Made by a program: the position numbers and the translations under genes. The notes beneath the pieces were generated by a model. It was given only the letters and a program-made list of their open reading frames with translations, was not told the DNA's origin and made no database searches. This document shows, one piece after another, positions 29,089 through 41,198 of a DNA stretch of 64,000 nucleotides (positions are counted from its first letter, which is position 1; every line of letters starts with the position of its first letter). The stretch comes from an uncultured delta proteobacterium (GTDB lineage Bacteria; Myxococcota_A; Polyangia; Polyangiales; Polyangiaceae): the NCBI GenBank assembly GCA_963716725.1, contig CAVQUB010000034.1:1-64000 (forward strand), given 5' to 3'.

Positions 29089-30966
29089 TCAATCCCAGCC
29101 GCACTTCTGGCCTTTGTTCTGCTCGTCGAGCCAAGCGGCCAGAGGCGCGTAGTAGTCGATGATGGCCGTGGCATCCATGCGCTTCTCTCCGGAGATGGTC
29201 TCGAGCGCGACCGACCACTCCTTGCTGGCGCCGAGCTTCAGCATGTCGATCATCTTCTTGCCAGCGGCCGCGTTGCCGTAGATCGAGCACTTGTGCAGCG
29301 GTCCGGTGATGCCCGCCGCTTTGCAGAGCGCGCGGTGGAACTGGTACTGCAGGATGCGCGCGATGAAGTAGCGCGTGTACGGCACGTTGGCCGGGATGTG
29401 GTACTTGGCGCCCGGATCGAAGTCCTTCTCGCTGCGGTCGCCCGCCGGCGCGATGCCCTGGTACTTGCGGCGCAGCTCCCACCAGCTCTTGTTGTACTCG
29501 CTCGGCGGGGTGCGCCCGTCGAACACGTCCCAGCGCCACTCGTCGATCAGCTTGCCGAAGGGCAAGAACGCGACGCCCTCGAGGGCGTCGTGTCATCAGC
29601 ACGTTGAGGTCGGCCTTTCGATTGTCGTTGGCACCTTGTCGAGCAGGCCGATCTTCTTCAGGTAGTCGGGCGTCACGCTGAGCGCGAGGGTGTCGCCGAT
29701 GCCCTCGTGAAAGCCGTCGTTGGCGCCCTCCTGAAACAGCGGCGGCAGTTGGCCGTACTGCTGGTAGTAGTAGTTGTGACCGAGCTCGTGGTGGATGGTC
29801 ACGAGGTCGTCGAAGTCGACCTGGATGCACATCTTGATGCGCAGGTCACCGGACAGGGCGACGTCCCACGCGCTGGCGTGACAGACCACGTCGCGGTCCT
29901 TGGGCTTCAAGAACAGGCTGCGCTCCCAGAACGTCTTCGGCAGCGGCTGCATGCCCAGCGAGGTGAAGAAGGCCTCGCCGGTCTTGACCATCTTCACGTG
30001 GTCCTACTTCTTGGCCACCAGCTGCTTGGTGACGTCGATGCTGCCCTTGCCCTTGTGCGGCTCGACCAGGGGGTAGAGCGCCTGCCACTCTTGCGCCCAC
30101 ATGTTGCCGAGCAGGTGCGCCGGAATCGGCCCGCCGGGCGCGACCTTCTCGGCCCCGTACTGCTTGCTGAGCTTGGCGCGGACGAAGCAGTGCAGCTTGT
30201 CGTAGAGCGGCTTCACCTCGGTCCACAGCCGGTCCATTTCGTCCTCGAAGTCGGCCGGCGACATGTCGTAACCGCCCTTCCAGATCTCGGCCATGTTGCC
30301 GAAGCCGAGCTCCTTCGCGCCCTCGTTGCCCAGCGCCACGAACTCTTCGTACATCGAGCGCATCGGCGGCGAGATGGAGTGCCAGCCCTTCCACACCTCG
30401 AGCAACAGGTCGTAGTCCTTCTCCTTCGAGAGCACCTTGCTGAGCTCGCCCAACTCCAGACACTCGCTCTTCTTGTCCTCGCCCTTGCCCTTCAGGCGTG
30501 GCGAACAGTACTTGCCCTTGCCGTAGATGCTCTCGAGTTGGGTGGTGACCTCGGCCAGGCGGGCGCGCTTCGTGGCGTCGCTCGGCGCGGGCAGGCCTGC
30601 TGAGAATTTGAGCAAGTAGAGCGACCGAGCCGTGTCGGGCGGCAGTTCGAGCCCTTCGAAGCGGCGAGATTCCTTGACCTTGCGCGACAAGAACTCCATC
30701 ACCCGTTCGCGCTCTTTGGACTCGAGGTGCTCGGTGTCTTGGGTGATGTAGGTCGACTTGACCCAGGCCGCGCGGTCCGCGTCCTCAGCCAGCTTTCGGA
30801 TGGTCTCGTTCACGTCCTTGATGAAGGCCTCGGCCTCCTCGGCGGTCGGATCGCTGGACTCTTTTTCGGGCAGCGGAGCGACCACCGGCGGCACCGGTGC
30901 TGGGGTGGAGGGCACGGCGCCGCTGCAGCCGGCGACCATCAGCAAGAAGGCGAGTGATCGGTTCAT
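29089..30966 (-). CDS. M2 family metallopeptidase (ACE-like peptidyl-dipeptidase), interrupted by an in-frame TAG (30004-30006) and two indels (~29630, ~29590)
   Basis: PAHLLGNMWAQEW, VVCHASAWD, HHELGH (HExxH), GANDGFHEGIGD, FDPGAKYHIP, PYTRYF; lipobox VAGC. Confidence 0.92.
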
Positions 30967-31150
30967 GGCAGCCCCGGGAGTAGCCGGATCTGCCGCGAAA
31001 TGGAACCGCTCATCGGTGGCGGTCGATCACCACGGCAAGTAGCGCGGCGAGCCCGAGCAGCGCGAGCCGAGCAGGTTCAACCGGCGGATCATGCCCGGCT
31101 GGGGCGCGTGTGGGCGTCTTCCTTTCGCTGCGTTCGAAGCCGTGGCCGGG

Positions 31151-32602
31151 TCAGGGCACGATTACGCACGAACCGAGGATCACCCTGCGAGGGCCTTCGT
31201 GCCAGGCGGTCACCATGCCCTCGACCGTGACCCTGGCGCCGACCGAGAGCTCGGAGGGCGAACTGGGCGAGCATTCGAGCCAAGGCTCGGCCGCTCCCCC
31301 CATGCGGAAGGAGAGTCGCGCTTCGCCGACCTCGCTGACGGAACCGCTCGTTCGAATCGTGGTGCTCCGGTACTTCTCGTGGGCTGCGCCCGGAGAGGCG
31401 CGGTACGCGCCGATGAGCGCGTCCAATTCCACGAGTTGCGCCGTGCCCGAGTTCGAGCCCACGGGCTCCAGAGAGTCCGGCTCCAAGACGAAGAGCATAA
31501 TGGCCGCCGACCCCGCGCTGACCACAGTGATGAATAGAGCCACCACACCGATGGCCCCGAATACGACGCGCAGGGGCACCGCGGCGAACGACGAGGCGGC
31601 AACGACCGACGGAGCGGTCGCGACAACGGGCGAGTCGATCCGCGATTCTCCTCCGGAAAACACGGTGACGTCCGCAGGTGCGGGTGCGGCGCCCGTAGGG
31701 AGTGCGACGCCGTGCCGCGCCGGACCGACCGAACCGATCCGCGCCTGAGCCAGCGCGGCGCGCATCGCCCGGGCATCGGGAAAGCGCTGGTGTTTGTCGA
31801 AGGAGAGGGCCCGATCGGTCACCGCCGCAACCAGCGCGGGAACGTGAGGCGCAACACTGAGCAGTGCCGGAGCCTGCTCGGATGCCGCCTTCATCAGGAT
31901 TTCGCCGCCGTTTCTACCTTCGTGGACGCGGCGTCCCGACAGCAGCCGGAACAGGATCGCCCCAACGGCGAACAGATCGGTTCGCCCGTCGACCTGATCG
32001 CGCTGACCCGCTGCCTGCTCGGGTGCCATGTAGGTGACCGTGCCGATTGCGACTCCCGTGGCGGTCTTGAGGGTGTCCACGCCGGCGTCCAGCAGCCGCG
32101 CGATGCCGAAGTCGAGCACCTTCACGCGGCCGTCGTCTGTGACGAACAGGTTTGCCGGCTTCAGGTCTCGGTGGATGACCGCTCGGTCGTGCGCGGCCGC
32201 CAAGACATCGAGCACCTGGTCCACGTACTCGAGCAACGCATCGAGCGAGACCCCTTCGCTTCGACTCGCCAGTTCCGCCAACGTGCTGCCGTGAAGCAGC
32301 TCCATCGCCAGAAACGGCCGGCCGTCGTCCGCCAGCCCGTGATCGATCACCTGCACGACGCCCTTGTGTCCGATGTCGCCTGCGACTTCCACCTCACGCC
32401 AAAAGCGAGCCAGCAAATCGGGATCGCTGGCCACACCCGCGTGCAGGATCTTCACCGCCGCCGGCACGCCAGCGGGTGACTGGGCCGCAAAAACCTCTGC
32501 CATACCGCCCCGCCCGAGCGGCTCCCCGATCAACCACTTTCCAGCACGGCGCGCGATGGCGCGAGCATAGCTCCATCGGGTCTTCTCGCGTTCGATGCCC
32601 AA
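31151..32602 (-). CDS. Membrane Ser/Thr protein kinase with C-terminal OB-fold (tRNA_anti-like) domain; start uncertain
   Basis: LGRGGMAEV, AVKIL, HRDLKPAN, DFG, YMAPEQ; TM segment; C-terminal AHEKYR...SGSV...LSVGARVTVEG...LGSCVI. Confidence 0.9.
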   Translation of the reverse strand: MGIEREKTRWSYARAIARRAGKWLIGEPLGRGGMAEVFAAQSPAGVPAAVKILHAGVASDPDLLARFWREVEVAGDIGHKGVVQVIDHGLADDGRPFLAMELLHGSTLAELASRSEGVSLDALLEYVDQVLDVLAAAHDRAVIHRDLKPANLFVTDDGRVKVLDFGIARLLDAGVDTLKTATGVAIGTVTYMAPEQAAGQRDQVDGRTDLFAVGAILFRLLSGRRVHEGRNGGEILMKAASEQAPALLSVAPHVPALVAAVTDRALSFDKHQRFPDARAMRAALAQARIGSVGPARHGVALPTGAAPAPADVTVFSGGESRIDSPVVATAPSVVAASSFAAVPLRVVFGAIGVVALFITVVSAGSAAIMLFVLEPDSLEPVGSNSGTAQLVELDALIGAYRASPGAAHEKYRSTTIRTSGSVSEVGEARLSFRMGGAAEPWLECSPSSPSELSVGARVTVEGMVTAWHEGPRRVILGSCVIVP

Positions 32603-32835
32603 AGCCCCAATGCCGGGGGCACCTGGCGCTCGCGCGCGCTTCGCCCAGTAGATCGAGTCCTCGGATGGACCAACACGGGTCGCCACTGTGGCTTTCGGAT
32701 CGTGGACGACGGTTCGCAGCCCAAAAGCAAGGTATTGCCGCTCGGAGCGACCTGCGACAAGGTGAATGCGGACGACGGCGGCAAGATCGACCTCGTGGTC
32801 GCTTGCCAGACCAAGGCCGCCCCGCCGCCAAAGTG

Positions 32836-33351
32836 ATGCGACCCTACTGGCTCTTTGCTCTCGCGGCGGCTGCCTGCAGCCTGTCGTCGTCACTGGACGA
32901 TCTTCGCGGCGGCGCCGACTCGGACGGCGGCAGCGGAGTCGGCGGCACGGACGGCGGCGCCGGCACGGGCAGCGCGGGCGGCACGGATGGCGGGGGCACC
33001 GGAGGCGCTGACGGCAGCGCAACCGGAGGCACTGACGGCAGCGCAACCGGAGGGACCGGCGGCACCAATCCGTGGCCCGACGCGGCCGATCCCTGCGCGA
33101 CTGCGGCGAAGTGCACCGAGTGTTGTTCCACTTCGCACGTGGAAGGTCAGCAGCAGTTCAACAAGACCATCGCAATCTGCGTGTGCGGAGATCCGAACTG
33201 CGCGCAGGCTTGCTCGGAGTTCTGCGGCGGCGGCCAGATCTCGACGGAGTGCAGCGCCTGCGTCTCGTCGCAAAGCGTGCAGGCCTGCATCGGCAGCACC
33301 TGCTCGTCGGCGGCGTGCTCCGGTTACACGAGCTGCGTCGCGGGCTGTTGA
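32836..33351 (+). CDS. Gly/Cys-rich lipoprotein
   Basis: LFALAAAAC lipobox; Gly/Thr tether with 24-bp duplication; Cys-rich C-terminus. Confidence 0.75.
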   Translation: MRPYWLFALAAAACSLSSSLDDLRGGADSDGGSGVGGTDGGAGTGSAGGTDGGGTGGADGSATGGTDGSATGGTGGTNPWPDAADPCATAAKCTECCSTSHVEGQQQFNKTIAICVCGDPNCAQACSEFCGGGQISTECSACVSSQSVQACIGSTCSSAACSGYTSCVAGC

Positions 33352-33391
33352 CCACGCTGGGGCCCGCTCCGGGCGCGGCACCCCCGATCAG

Positions 33392-34459
33392 TCAACCCAG
33401 TCCGCGGTCGTCGGCCGTCGCGTCAATCCTCGCCGCCGCCAACATCCCGCAGGCTGCGTGGGTCTCCGCGCCACCCGAATACCGGCGCACAATCGGCGCT
33501 TTCAGGATCTGAAGCGCATCCATGAACGCGCGGCGCTCGGCGTCGCTGGCCGGAGCGAAGCCACCCGGCCGAGCGTCGTTCACGTCGATCAGGTTGATGC
33601 GCAGATCCATGGCGCCGAACAGGCGCTGGATCTGCTCGACCTCGGCCGCATCGGTGTTCACTCCGCCGAGCAGCACCATGGCCAGGGTGAGCCGACCGTG
33701 CTTCGCTCCTGACCAGTATTCACGCACGGCCGCGGCGAGCTCTTCCAGGGGAACGCGCCCGGCCACCGGCAACAGACGCTGGCGACGCTCGGCGATGGCG
33801 CTGGTGAGCGAGATGATCAGGCGGTAGGGGTGGCGCTCGGCGGCGAAGCGCCGGATCTGAGGCACCAGGCCCACGGTCGAGATCGTGATCGAGCGGCCCG
33901 AGACGCGGCCGCCGCAGGGGTGCGACAGCAGACGTGCGGCGCGAATCACGTTCTCGTAGTTCTGAAGGGGCTCGCCCTGCCCTTGGAAGAGCGCGCCCAC
34001 GATGCGACCTTTAGCCTCGTCGCGGACGGTGAGGAACGCCGAGATCATCTCCCAGGTCTCGAGGTTGCGCGTGAGCCCCAAGCGACCCGTGGCGCAGAAC
34101 GCGCACTGCATGGCACAGCCGACCTGCGACGAGAGGCACACGCTGAAGCGCCCGGGTTTCTCCAAAGGGATGCGCACCGCCTCCGAGAGCGCGCCGTCAG
34201 GGGATCGGAACAGGTACTTCACGAAGCCATCGCTCGGATTCTCGATCCGCTCCAGCAGCTCGAGCCGATGCGAGTCGAAGTCGCGGGCGACGGCCGCCTG
34301 CTTGAGCTTCGAGAGCGGTTGCTTGGGCGGCGGCGCCGTCGGCGGGTCGAAGGTCTGCGCCAGCAGACGGCGAGCCTCCGCGTCGCTCAGCCCGGTTCCG
34401 GATCGGCGGAGGTGCTCGACGAGATCCGCCGGGAGCTGCCCGAGCAGATGGGGTCTCAC
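33392..34459 (-). CDS. Divergent RlmN/Cfr-family radical SAM methyltransferase
   Basis: KYLF, VCLSSQVGCAMQCAFCATG (CxxxCxxC), RNL, QGQGEPL, ITISTVG, AACGML. Confidence 0.85.
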   Translation of the reverse strand: MRPHLLGQLPADLVEHLRRSGTGLSDAEARRLLAQTFDPPTAPPPKQPLSKLKQAAVARDFDSHRLELLERIENPSDGFVKYLFRSPDGALSEAVRIPLEKPGRFSVCLSSQVGCAMQCAFCATGRLGLTRNLETWEMISAFLTVRDEAKGRIVGALFQGQGEPLQNYENVIRAARLLSHPCGGRVSGRSITISTVGLVPQIRRFAAERHPYRLIISLTSAIAERRQRLLPVAGRVPLEELAAAVREYWSGAKHGRLTLAMVLLGGVNTDAAEVEQIQRLFGAMDLRINLIDVNDARPGGFAPASDAERRAFMDALQILKAPIVRRYSGGAETHAACGMLAAARIDATADDRGLG

Positions 34460-37242
34460 GAGGCGCGGCGCTTCTTGGGAACGAACTTGCGATCGAAGAT
34501 CCGAATGCGTCGCACCAGCAGATCCAGCAAGAACATGGCGATGGCCGCCATGATGAAGCGGCTCCAGAGCTGCTCGAAGTAGACGATCTTCTCACCGGCG
34601 GGGTCAAAGACCTCCTTCGGCTCGGGATCGACCCTGCCGCCGCCCGCCAGCGCCGCCCGGCTCAGGCGCTCGATGTCCGGCTCGAAGCTGGCGTACTCGC
34701 GCGGGTACGGGTTCGAGACGTGGCCGAAGCTCTGCCCCACGTTCGAGATCTCGCCCTTCTTGTTCACCTTGTTGTGCTCGGCTCGGAGCAAGAACGATCC
34801 GTACTTCTCCAGCTGGAAATCTGCCTCGTAGCGCCCCGGCGCAGTCTGTTTCATGGGCAGCTCGCGCCGCTCGCCGCCGGGCTCCGGACCGATCACGAAC
34901 AGTTTGCTCTCGATCTCGTTGTCGAATCGCTCATCGACCGTGAAGGCGTCGACCACGGCGTGCACCTTGCCGCCGACAACCTCGGTCTTCATGTCCAACT
35001 CGCGCCGGTGTTTGTGGCGCATGTGCTCGCGCACCAGCTGGCCCCAGAACTTGCCGAAGCCCGCCCAGCGGATCCAGTCGACGGCCCACAGGTTCTTGAC
35101 GTCGCTGGTCCACGCCAGGGTCTGGCCGAGGCCCACGCGCCAGCGCGCCAAGATCGGCTCTCCGGTGTCCGAGGCCAGGATCAGCTGCGCCGGCGCCTCC
35201 TTCATCTGCGTCGCGACGTAGCCGTGCAAGAGCGGCGCGGATCCGATCGAGATGCCCTTGAGGAAGTCGGCTTGGTGCACGACCTGCACCGGGAACCACT
35301 CTTCGACGGCCGCTTGTCGCGCGATCATCTCGGTCTCTCGCGTGAAGACCTTGACCAGGCTGTTCGGGTCTGGGACCGCGTGGTACCGGCCGCCTCCGGT
35401 GTCGGCGAGCATGCGCAAGAGTTCATGATCCGCGCCGTCGCCGAGGCCGACGGTGGTCAGAGTGATGCTCTCCGCGAGCATCGCCTGAGCGACGTCTTTC
35501 AGACCCTGCACCGGCGCCCGCCCGTCCGTGAGCACGATCACGTGCTTCTTGCGCGCCTGCACCACCGAGATGTCCTGATAGGCCATGTCGAGCCCAGGGA
35601 AGATCTCGGTGCCGCCGCCGGGCTGAATGCGCGCGATCTCGTTGTTGATCCGGCTGCGGTAGCGCGCGGGCTGGAACTTCACGTAGCGAATAGGCGTGGA
35701 ATCGAAGGCGATGACCTCGATCAGATCGTCTCCTTCGAGGGTGGCCACGGTGGCCTTGCAGGCGGCCTTGGCCATCTCCATCGGCAGCCCGGTCATCGAC
35801 CCGGAACGATCGATGACCAGCGCCATGGCGACGCTCGGCATCTCCTTCTTGCGCTCGGCGTCCATGCGCACGGGCAAGATGCGTTCGACGGTGGTGCGCG
35901 CCCAACCGCCAAGGCCATATCCCGCCTCGCCGCCCGCGAACAAGAAGCCGCCGCCCAGGTCGCGCACGTACTTCTCGAGCAGATCTTGCGATGCTTCGCC
36001 GAAGGCCTCGCGCGCCACGTCGGAGACGATCACGAAGTCGTAGCGTTCGAGCTCCTTCACGCTGCTCGGAAAGGCGGTGGGCGTGCGCACGTCCACGTCG
36101 AACTGCTGCGCGGTCAGCGCGCCCGAGAGATAGGTCGCGCGCTGGGGCTGACCTTCGACGTAGAGCACCGTGGGGCGGCCTGGCACGTCGACGGTGACGG
36201 CGTACTGGTTGTTCTCGGAGAACTTGTCGTCCTTGATGTCCTGCAGCTTCAGCGCGTAGGTCACCTGGCCACCGACGCGCACCACGCTCTTGAACTTGAT
36301 CTCGTTGTCGCCGGGCTCGAGCTCGAGGTCGCGCACGCCGTCGAGCCCGTTCAGCGCCTCACCCTGATAGAGCTGCGCGCGGGCCTTGGTCTTCCGGCTC
36401 GAGTACACCTTGGCCACCACCTCGAAGGGCTGGCCGATGTCCACCTTCTCGGGCACCTGGACGTGCCGCAACGCCACCTCGCCGGGCGGGGGGCGGCGGT
36501 AGGGCACGGTGAATACCTTCACGTCGAAGCCGCGGGCGCGATTGGCCTCAGCCAGCATATCGCCGTCGGTCTCGACGCCGTCGGTCACGATCACGGCTCG
36601 CTTGAGGTACCCCGGGGGGAAGACGCCGTAGGCCAGCTGCATCGCCGCCTGCACGTCGCTGCCGCCCCCGGGTTTGTCGACGCCGAGCTTCTCGAGGGCC
36701 TCTTTGGTGCCGTGACGCAGCTCTTCGATGCTCGGCACCGTGGGCTGGCCGCCGTCCTCGCCCATGTCGACGAGACGGGGGCGCTTGGCGAAGGTGATCA
36801 GGCGAACCACGTCGTCCTTGCCCCGCGCCGCGAGGGCGTCTTGGAGGACCTTGCGTGCGTCTTCGAGCGACGGATCTTCCACCGAGTCGCTGACGTCGAC
36901 CACGAACACCGTCGCCACCTTCTGGGTCTCGGCGGTGCGCGCGAGTCGCGCCAATCCCAAGGAAATGAGCGCGATGAAGGCCACGCGAAAGAGCACCGCC
37001 ATGATGCGCTGCTGCCAGGGCAGATCCGCGAGCGATCGGCCGAGCACGAACAAGAGCAGCGGCGCGATCAAGATCAACCCGAGGGTGCGGGGCTCGAGCA
37101 GCTCGTAGTTCTTGCCCTCGCGCATCCACTTGTAAGCGGGCGCTTGGGGGCCAACCACGTAGCGCTGGTAGGCCCACAAGAGCAGCGCGCCGACCGCTAC
37201 GATGAACAGGCCCCACAGGACCTTGCGGACGCGCGGCGTCAT
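34456..37242 (-). CDS. Membrane protein with two vWA domains and a GATase1-like domain
   Basis: MIDAS motifs DVSDS and [29 protein letters not shown]- and C-terminal TMs; ATGA overlap with upstream gene. Confidence 0.85.
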   Translation of the reverse strand: MTPRVRKVLWGLFIVAVGALLLWAYQRYVVGPQAPAYKWMREGKNYELLEPRTLGLILIAPLLLFVLGRSLADLPWQQRIMAVLFRVAFIALISLGLARLARTAETQKVATVFVVDVSDSVEDPSLEDARKVLQDALAARGKDDVVRLITFAKRPRLVDMGEDGGQPTVPSIEELRHGTKEALEKLGVDKPGGGSDVQAAMQLAYGVFPPGYLKRAVIVTDGVETDGDMLAEANRARGFDVKVFTVPYRRPPPGEVALRHVQVPEKVDIGQPFEVVAKVYSSRKTKARAQLYQGEALNGLDGVRDLELEPGDNEIKFKSVVRVGGQVTYALKLQDIKDDKFSENNQYAVTVDVPGRPTVLYVEGQPQRATYLSGALTAQQFDVDVRTPTAFPSSVKELERYDFVIVSDVAREAFGEASQDLLEKYVRDLGGGFLFAGGEAGYGLGGWARTTVERILPVRMDAERKKEMPSVAMALVIDRSGSMTGLPMEMAKAACKATVATLEGDDLIEVIAFDSTPIRYVKFQPARYRSRINNEIARIQPGGGTEIFPGLDMAYQDISVVQARKKHVIVLTDGRAPVQGLKDVAQAMLAESITLTTVGLGDGADHELLRMLADTGGGRYHAVPDPNSLVKVFTRETEMIARQAAVEEWFPVQVVHQADFLKGISIGSAPLLHGYVATQMKEAPAQLILASDTGEPILARWRVGLGQTLAWTSDVKNLWAVDWIRWAGFGKFWGQLVREHMRHKHRRELDMKTEVVGGKVHAVVDAFTVDERFDNEIESKLFVIGPEPGGERRELPMKQTAPGRYEADFQLEKYGSFLLRAEHNKVNKKGEISNVGQSFGHVSNPYPREYASFEPDIERLSRAALAGGGRVDPEPKEVFDPAGEKIVYFEQLWSRFIMAAIAMFLLDLLVRRIRIFDRKFVPKKRRAS

Positions 37243-39125
37243 ACCGTGAGCCTCTTGTGGTAGGTGAACCACTCGATGGTGGAGACGATCACCGCGGCCA
37301 GCAGCAGGTAGAGCCAGATCTCACGGCGCATGCCCGGGTCGAAGCCGCTGGGCAGCGCCGCCGGCTTTCCGCCGAGCTCCAGGGTGTCGGCGGGTTTGAT
37401 CCGGCTCTCGTCGATGTTGCTCAAGTTTGCGGCGAACATGCTGGTGGTCGGCTCGGGCTCGGTTTGAATCGTGAGCTCGTAGAAGCCCGCTTGGTCGCCC
37501 AGGTACACCGCGCGCCCCTCCTTGATGGGGATGCGATGCGTCTTGCCGTCGGGCGCCTTCAGCGTCGCGACCTCCGCGCCGCTGGGCGCGGGGATATTCC
37601 AAACGTCGCCCGTGAAGAACGAAGAGACGTAGCTGGTGTCCTCTTCGATGAAGTCGTTGATGGTGTTGAGCACGAAGAGCGGCCAGGCCACGCGCAGCAC
37701 GAAATCGCTGTCGCGCGGGTCGAAGCCCAGCGCGACGAACTTGCGACCGCCGCGGCGGCCGGAGACGAGGATAGGCCCCGCTTCGCTGGCGCCGATCACT
37801 TTGTCGTCTTTTTCGGGCTTGAACGCGAAGCCCTTGGCCACCTGAATGTCGCCCATGCTCATCCAGCGCACGATGGGGTGCTTCTTGTCCCAGACGTCGA
37901 AGCCAAAGCCCTCGATGCCGCGGGCGTGCTTCACCGGCCCACCTTCGGCGGGCGGGTTCAGGTACAGCGAGCCGCCGGTGTTCTGGGCGAGCGGCGGCGC
38001 AACCCCGTCGAAGATGGTCACGTCGAAGTTGCCGGCGGGCGGGTACTTCGACGGTGCCACGCTGGTCACGTCCAGGTACTCGTCGAGCAGCAGGGTCGCT
38101 TCCAGATAGGTATTGCCGGGCGTGACGACCAATACGCGGGCTCGGCGCCGCTCGGGCATCAGCGCGAAGGCGTGGTCGTCGGCGGCGAGGTCGTCGCTCT
38201 CGCCGCTGGCCAGCTTGATCTTGGCCTCGAGGGTGCGGCTAGCGCCGGCCAGATCCTTGTAGAAGCGCGGCAGCTTCTCGTTGCCCTGGAGCGAAAGCCG
38301 CGACACGTCCACGGTCTGGCCGTCGCCGATCAAGGTCAACTCGACGTCGACGGGCTCTTCGTTGGTGTTGGTGACCTCGAGCATCACCTCGTAGCGAGCT
38401 TTGTCGAGCGGATAGCGACGCACCGAGAAGCCCGTGATCGCCACGTTCTTGCCGCTCTTGCCCACCGGGACGTAGCGCACCTCGACTCCCTCGAAATCGA
38501 GGTGCTCCGAGATCTCCTTGGGATCTCCGACCGCGCCGTCGCTGACCAAGACGATTTCGGGCTTGGGCAGCCCGCGCAAGCTGTCGAGGGCAAAGCGCAG
38601 ACCACGCTTCACGTCTGCGCGGGTGTCCGTGGCGTGAAGCTGGTCGACAGCGACTTCGAGATCGCCGATTTCGCCGGTCATGGTCGACAGCGGCATGATG
38701 GCCGCGTCCATCTGGGCGATCAGCATGCGATCGGTGCCGCCGAGGCCCCGGACCAGCTTCTTGATCTCACGCTTGGCGTGGTCCATACGCGTGGGATCGA
38801 CGTCCTTGGCCTTCATGCTGGCGCTGGCGTCCACGAGCACCACCACGTTGCGCCCCTGAATCAGGCTGCCGGCGATGCGCGGGTCGCCGAGCGCGAGGAT
38901 CAGCAGTGCGAGCAACGCGAGTTGCAGCAGCAGCGAAAGCAAGCGCTTGAGGCGTGACCACCAGCTGGTCGCCTCTTTGTCGCGCAAGATGCGCTCCCAG
39001 ATCCGGCTGTAGGGCACTGCCACCGGCCGGCGACGCAGCTTCAGGATGTAGAAGAGCGTCGTCAGCCCACCGGCCACGGCTGCGATGGTGACGAGCGTCG
39101 CAAAGGGCAGACCGGCGAAGAGCAT
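37239..39125 (-). CDS. BatA-like N-terminus plus vWA domain membrane protein
   Basis: LFYILKLRRR...LLLQL...ALGDP; VLVDASASM; LVSDG; C-terminal TM. Confidence 0.85.
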   Translation of the reverse strand: MLFAGLPFATLVTIAAVAGGLTTLFYILKLRRRPVAVPYSRIWERILRDKEATSWWSRLKRLLSLLLQLALLALLILALGDPRIAGSLIQGRNVVVLVDASASMKAKDVDPTRMDHAKREIKKLVRGLGGTDRMLIAQMDAAIMPLSTMTGEIGDLEVAVDQLHATDTRADVKRGLRFALDSLRGLPKPEIVLVSDGAVGDPKEISEHLDFEGVEVRYVPVGKSGKNVAITGFSVRRYPLDKARYEVMLEVTNTNEEPVDVELTLIGDGQTVDVSRLSLQGNEKLPRFYKDLAGASRTLEAKIKLASGESDDLAADDHAFALMPERRRARVLVVTPGNTYLEATLLLDEYLDVTSVAPSKYPPAGNFDVTIFDGVAPPLAQNTGGSLYLNPPAEGGPVKHARGIEGFGFDVWDKKHPIVRWMSMGDIQVAKGFAFKPEKDDKVIGASEAGPILVSGRRGGRKFVALGFDPRDSDFVLRVAWPLFVLNTINDFIEEDTSYVSSFFTGDVWNIPAPSGAEVATLKAPDGKTHRIPIKEGRAVYLGDQAGFYELTIQTEPEPTTSMFAANLSNIDESRIKPADTLELGGKPAALPSGFDPGMRREIWLYLLLAAVIVSTIEWFTYHKRLTV

Positions 39126-40097
39126 CAGCGCAGGAACCCTCCGCGCCGGAACACACCGAGCACCAACTCATCGAAGGACGTGTCGACGTCAGCCGCAAAA
39201 TAGGGAACCTGGTTCTTGGTGCAGAAACGCTCGACCTCGTCTTTGTAGTCGTTCCAGGCCCGCTCCATGCGCTCCAGCATCTTCGCCGTCACCGTCACTT
39301 CGCGCTCGTCGCCGGTCTCGCAGTCGTAGATGCGCACGTCGCCCTTGAGCGTGGGGCGAGCCTCCGCGGGGTCGACGATGTGCAGCACGTAGGGCTCGAA
39401 CTTGTTGTAGCGAAGCACGTTGATCCCGTCCTCGAAGCCCGCCGGATCGTACAGGTCGCTGATCAGCACCGCGAGCCCGCGCCGTTTGTGTTGAGCGACG
39501 AAGGTCTTGAGGCTGTCCTCGAGGCCAGTTTGACCGTCGCACTGGGACCGCCGGAGGAAGTCGAAGACCTTGAAGATGCGGCCCTTGCCCCGGGTGGTGG
39601 GCATGCGCGCGACGATCTCGTCGGTGGTGGTCACGATCGTCACTCGGTCCAAGTTGGCGAGACCGACGTAGGCCAGCGCCGCGGCAAGACGCCGCGCTTG
39701 GTCGAATTTCTTTCCGTCGCCAAAGCCCATGCTCGTGGAGCAGTCGACGATGAAGTAGATGCTGAGATCTTCTTCTTCTTCGTAGAGCCGCACCAGCAGG
39801 CGGCCGAAGCGCTGGTAGACGTTCCAGTCGACGTTGCGGAAGTCGTCGTCCGGCGGTGTAGTCGCGGTGATCGGCGAACTCGATGCCGCTGCCCTTCTTC
39901 TTGGTGCGGCGGTCGGCGCGCTGGCGCCCGGCAAACACGCGGCGGCTGACGATGGCCAGGACTTCGAGCTTCTTCTGGAACTCGTCGTCGAAGAGATCTG
40001 CCTTCTCGGGCTTGTGGGCGCCGAAACGGCGCGGACCGGGCCTAGTCGCCGGGAAACCGGCGCGGTCGCGCGCTTGAAGACGTCGAGGATTCGCCAT
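39125..40097 (-). CDS. DUF58 family protein (frameshift near 39851, probable error)
   Basis: GSGIEFADHRDY in ORF 39189..40097; DDFRNVDWNVYQR...RLYEEEED...VDCSTSMGFG...LISDL in ORF 39125..39934. Confidence 0.88.
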
Positions 40098-40113
40098 GCT
40101 CGGGGCCGACGGC

Positions 40114-41115
<1,002 letters not shown>

Positions 41116-41198
41116 CTGCCCTCGTGTGGGTGCGTGAGTGGTCTCGTTCCGGTGGGCTGAGCGCGCACCGACCGTCGTTCGTCATCGATCGGCGCGCA

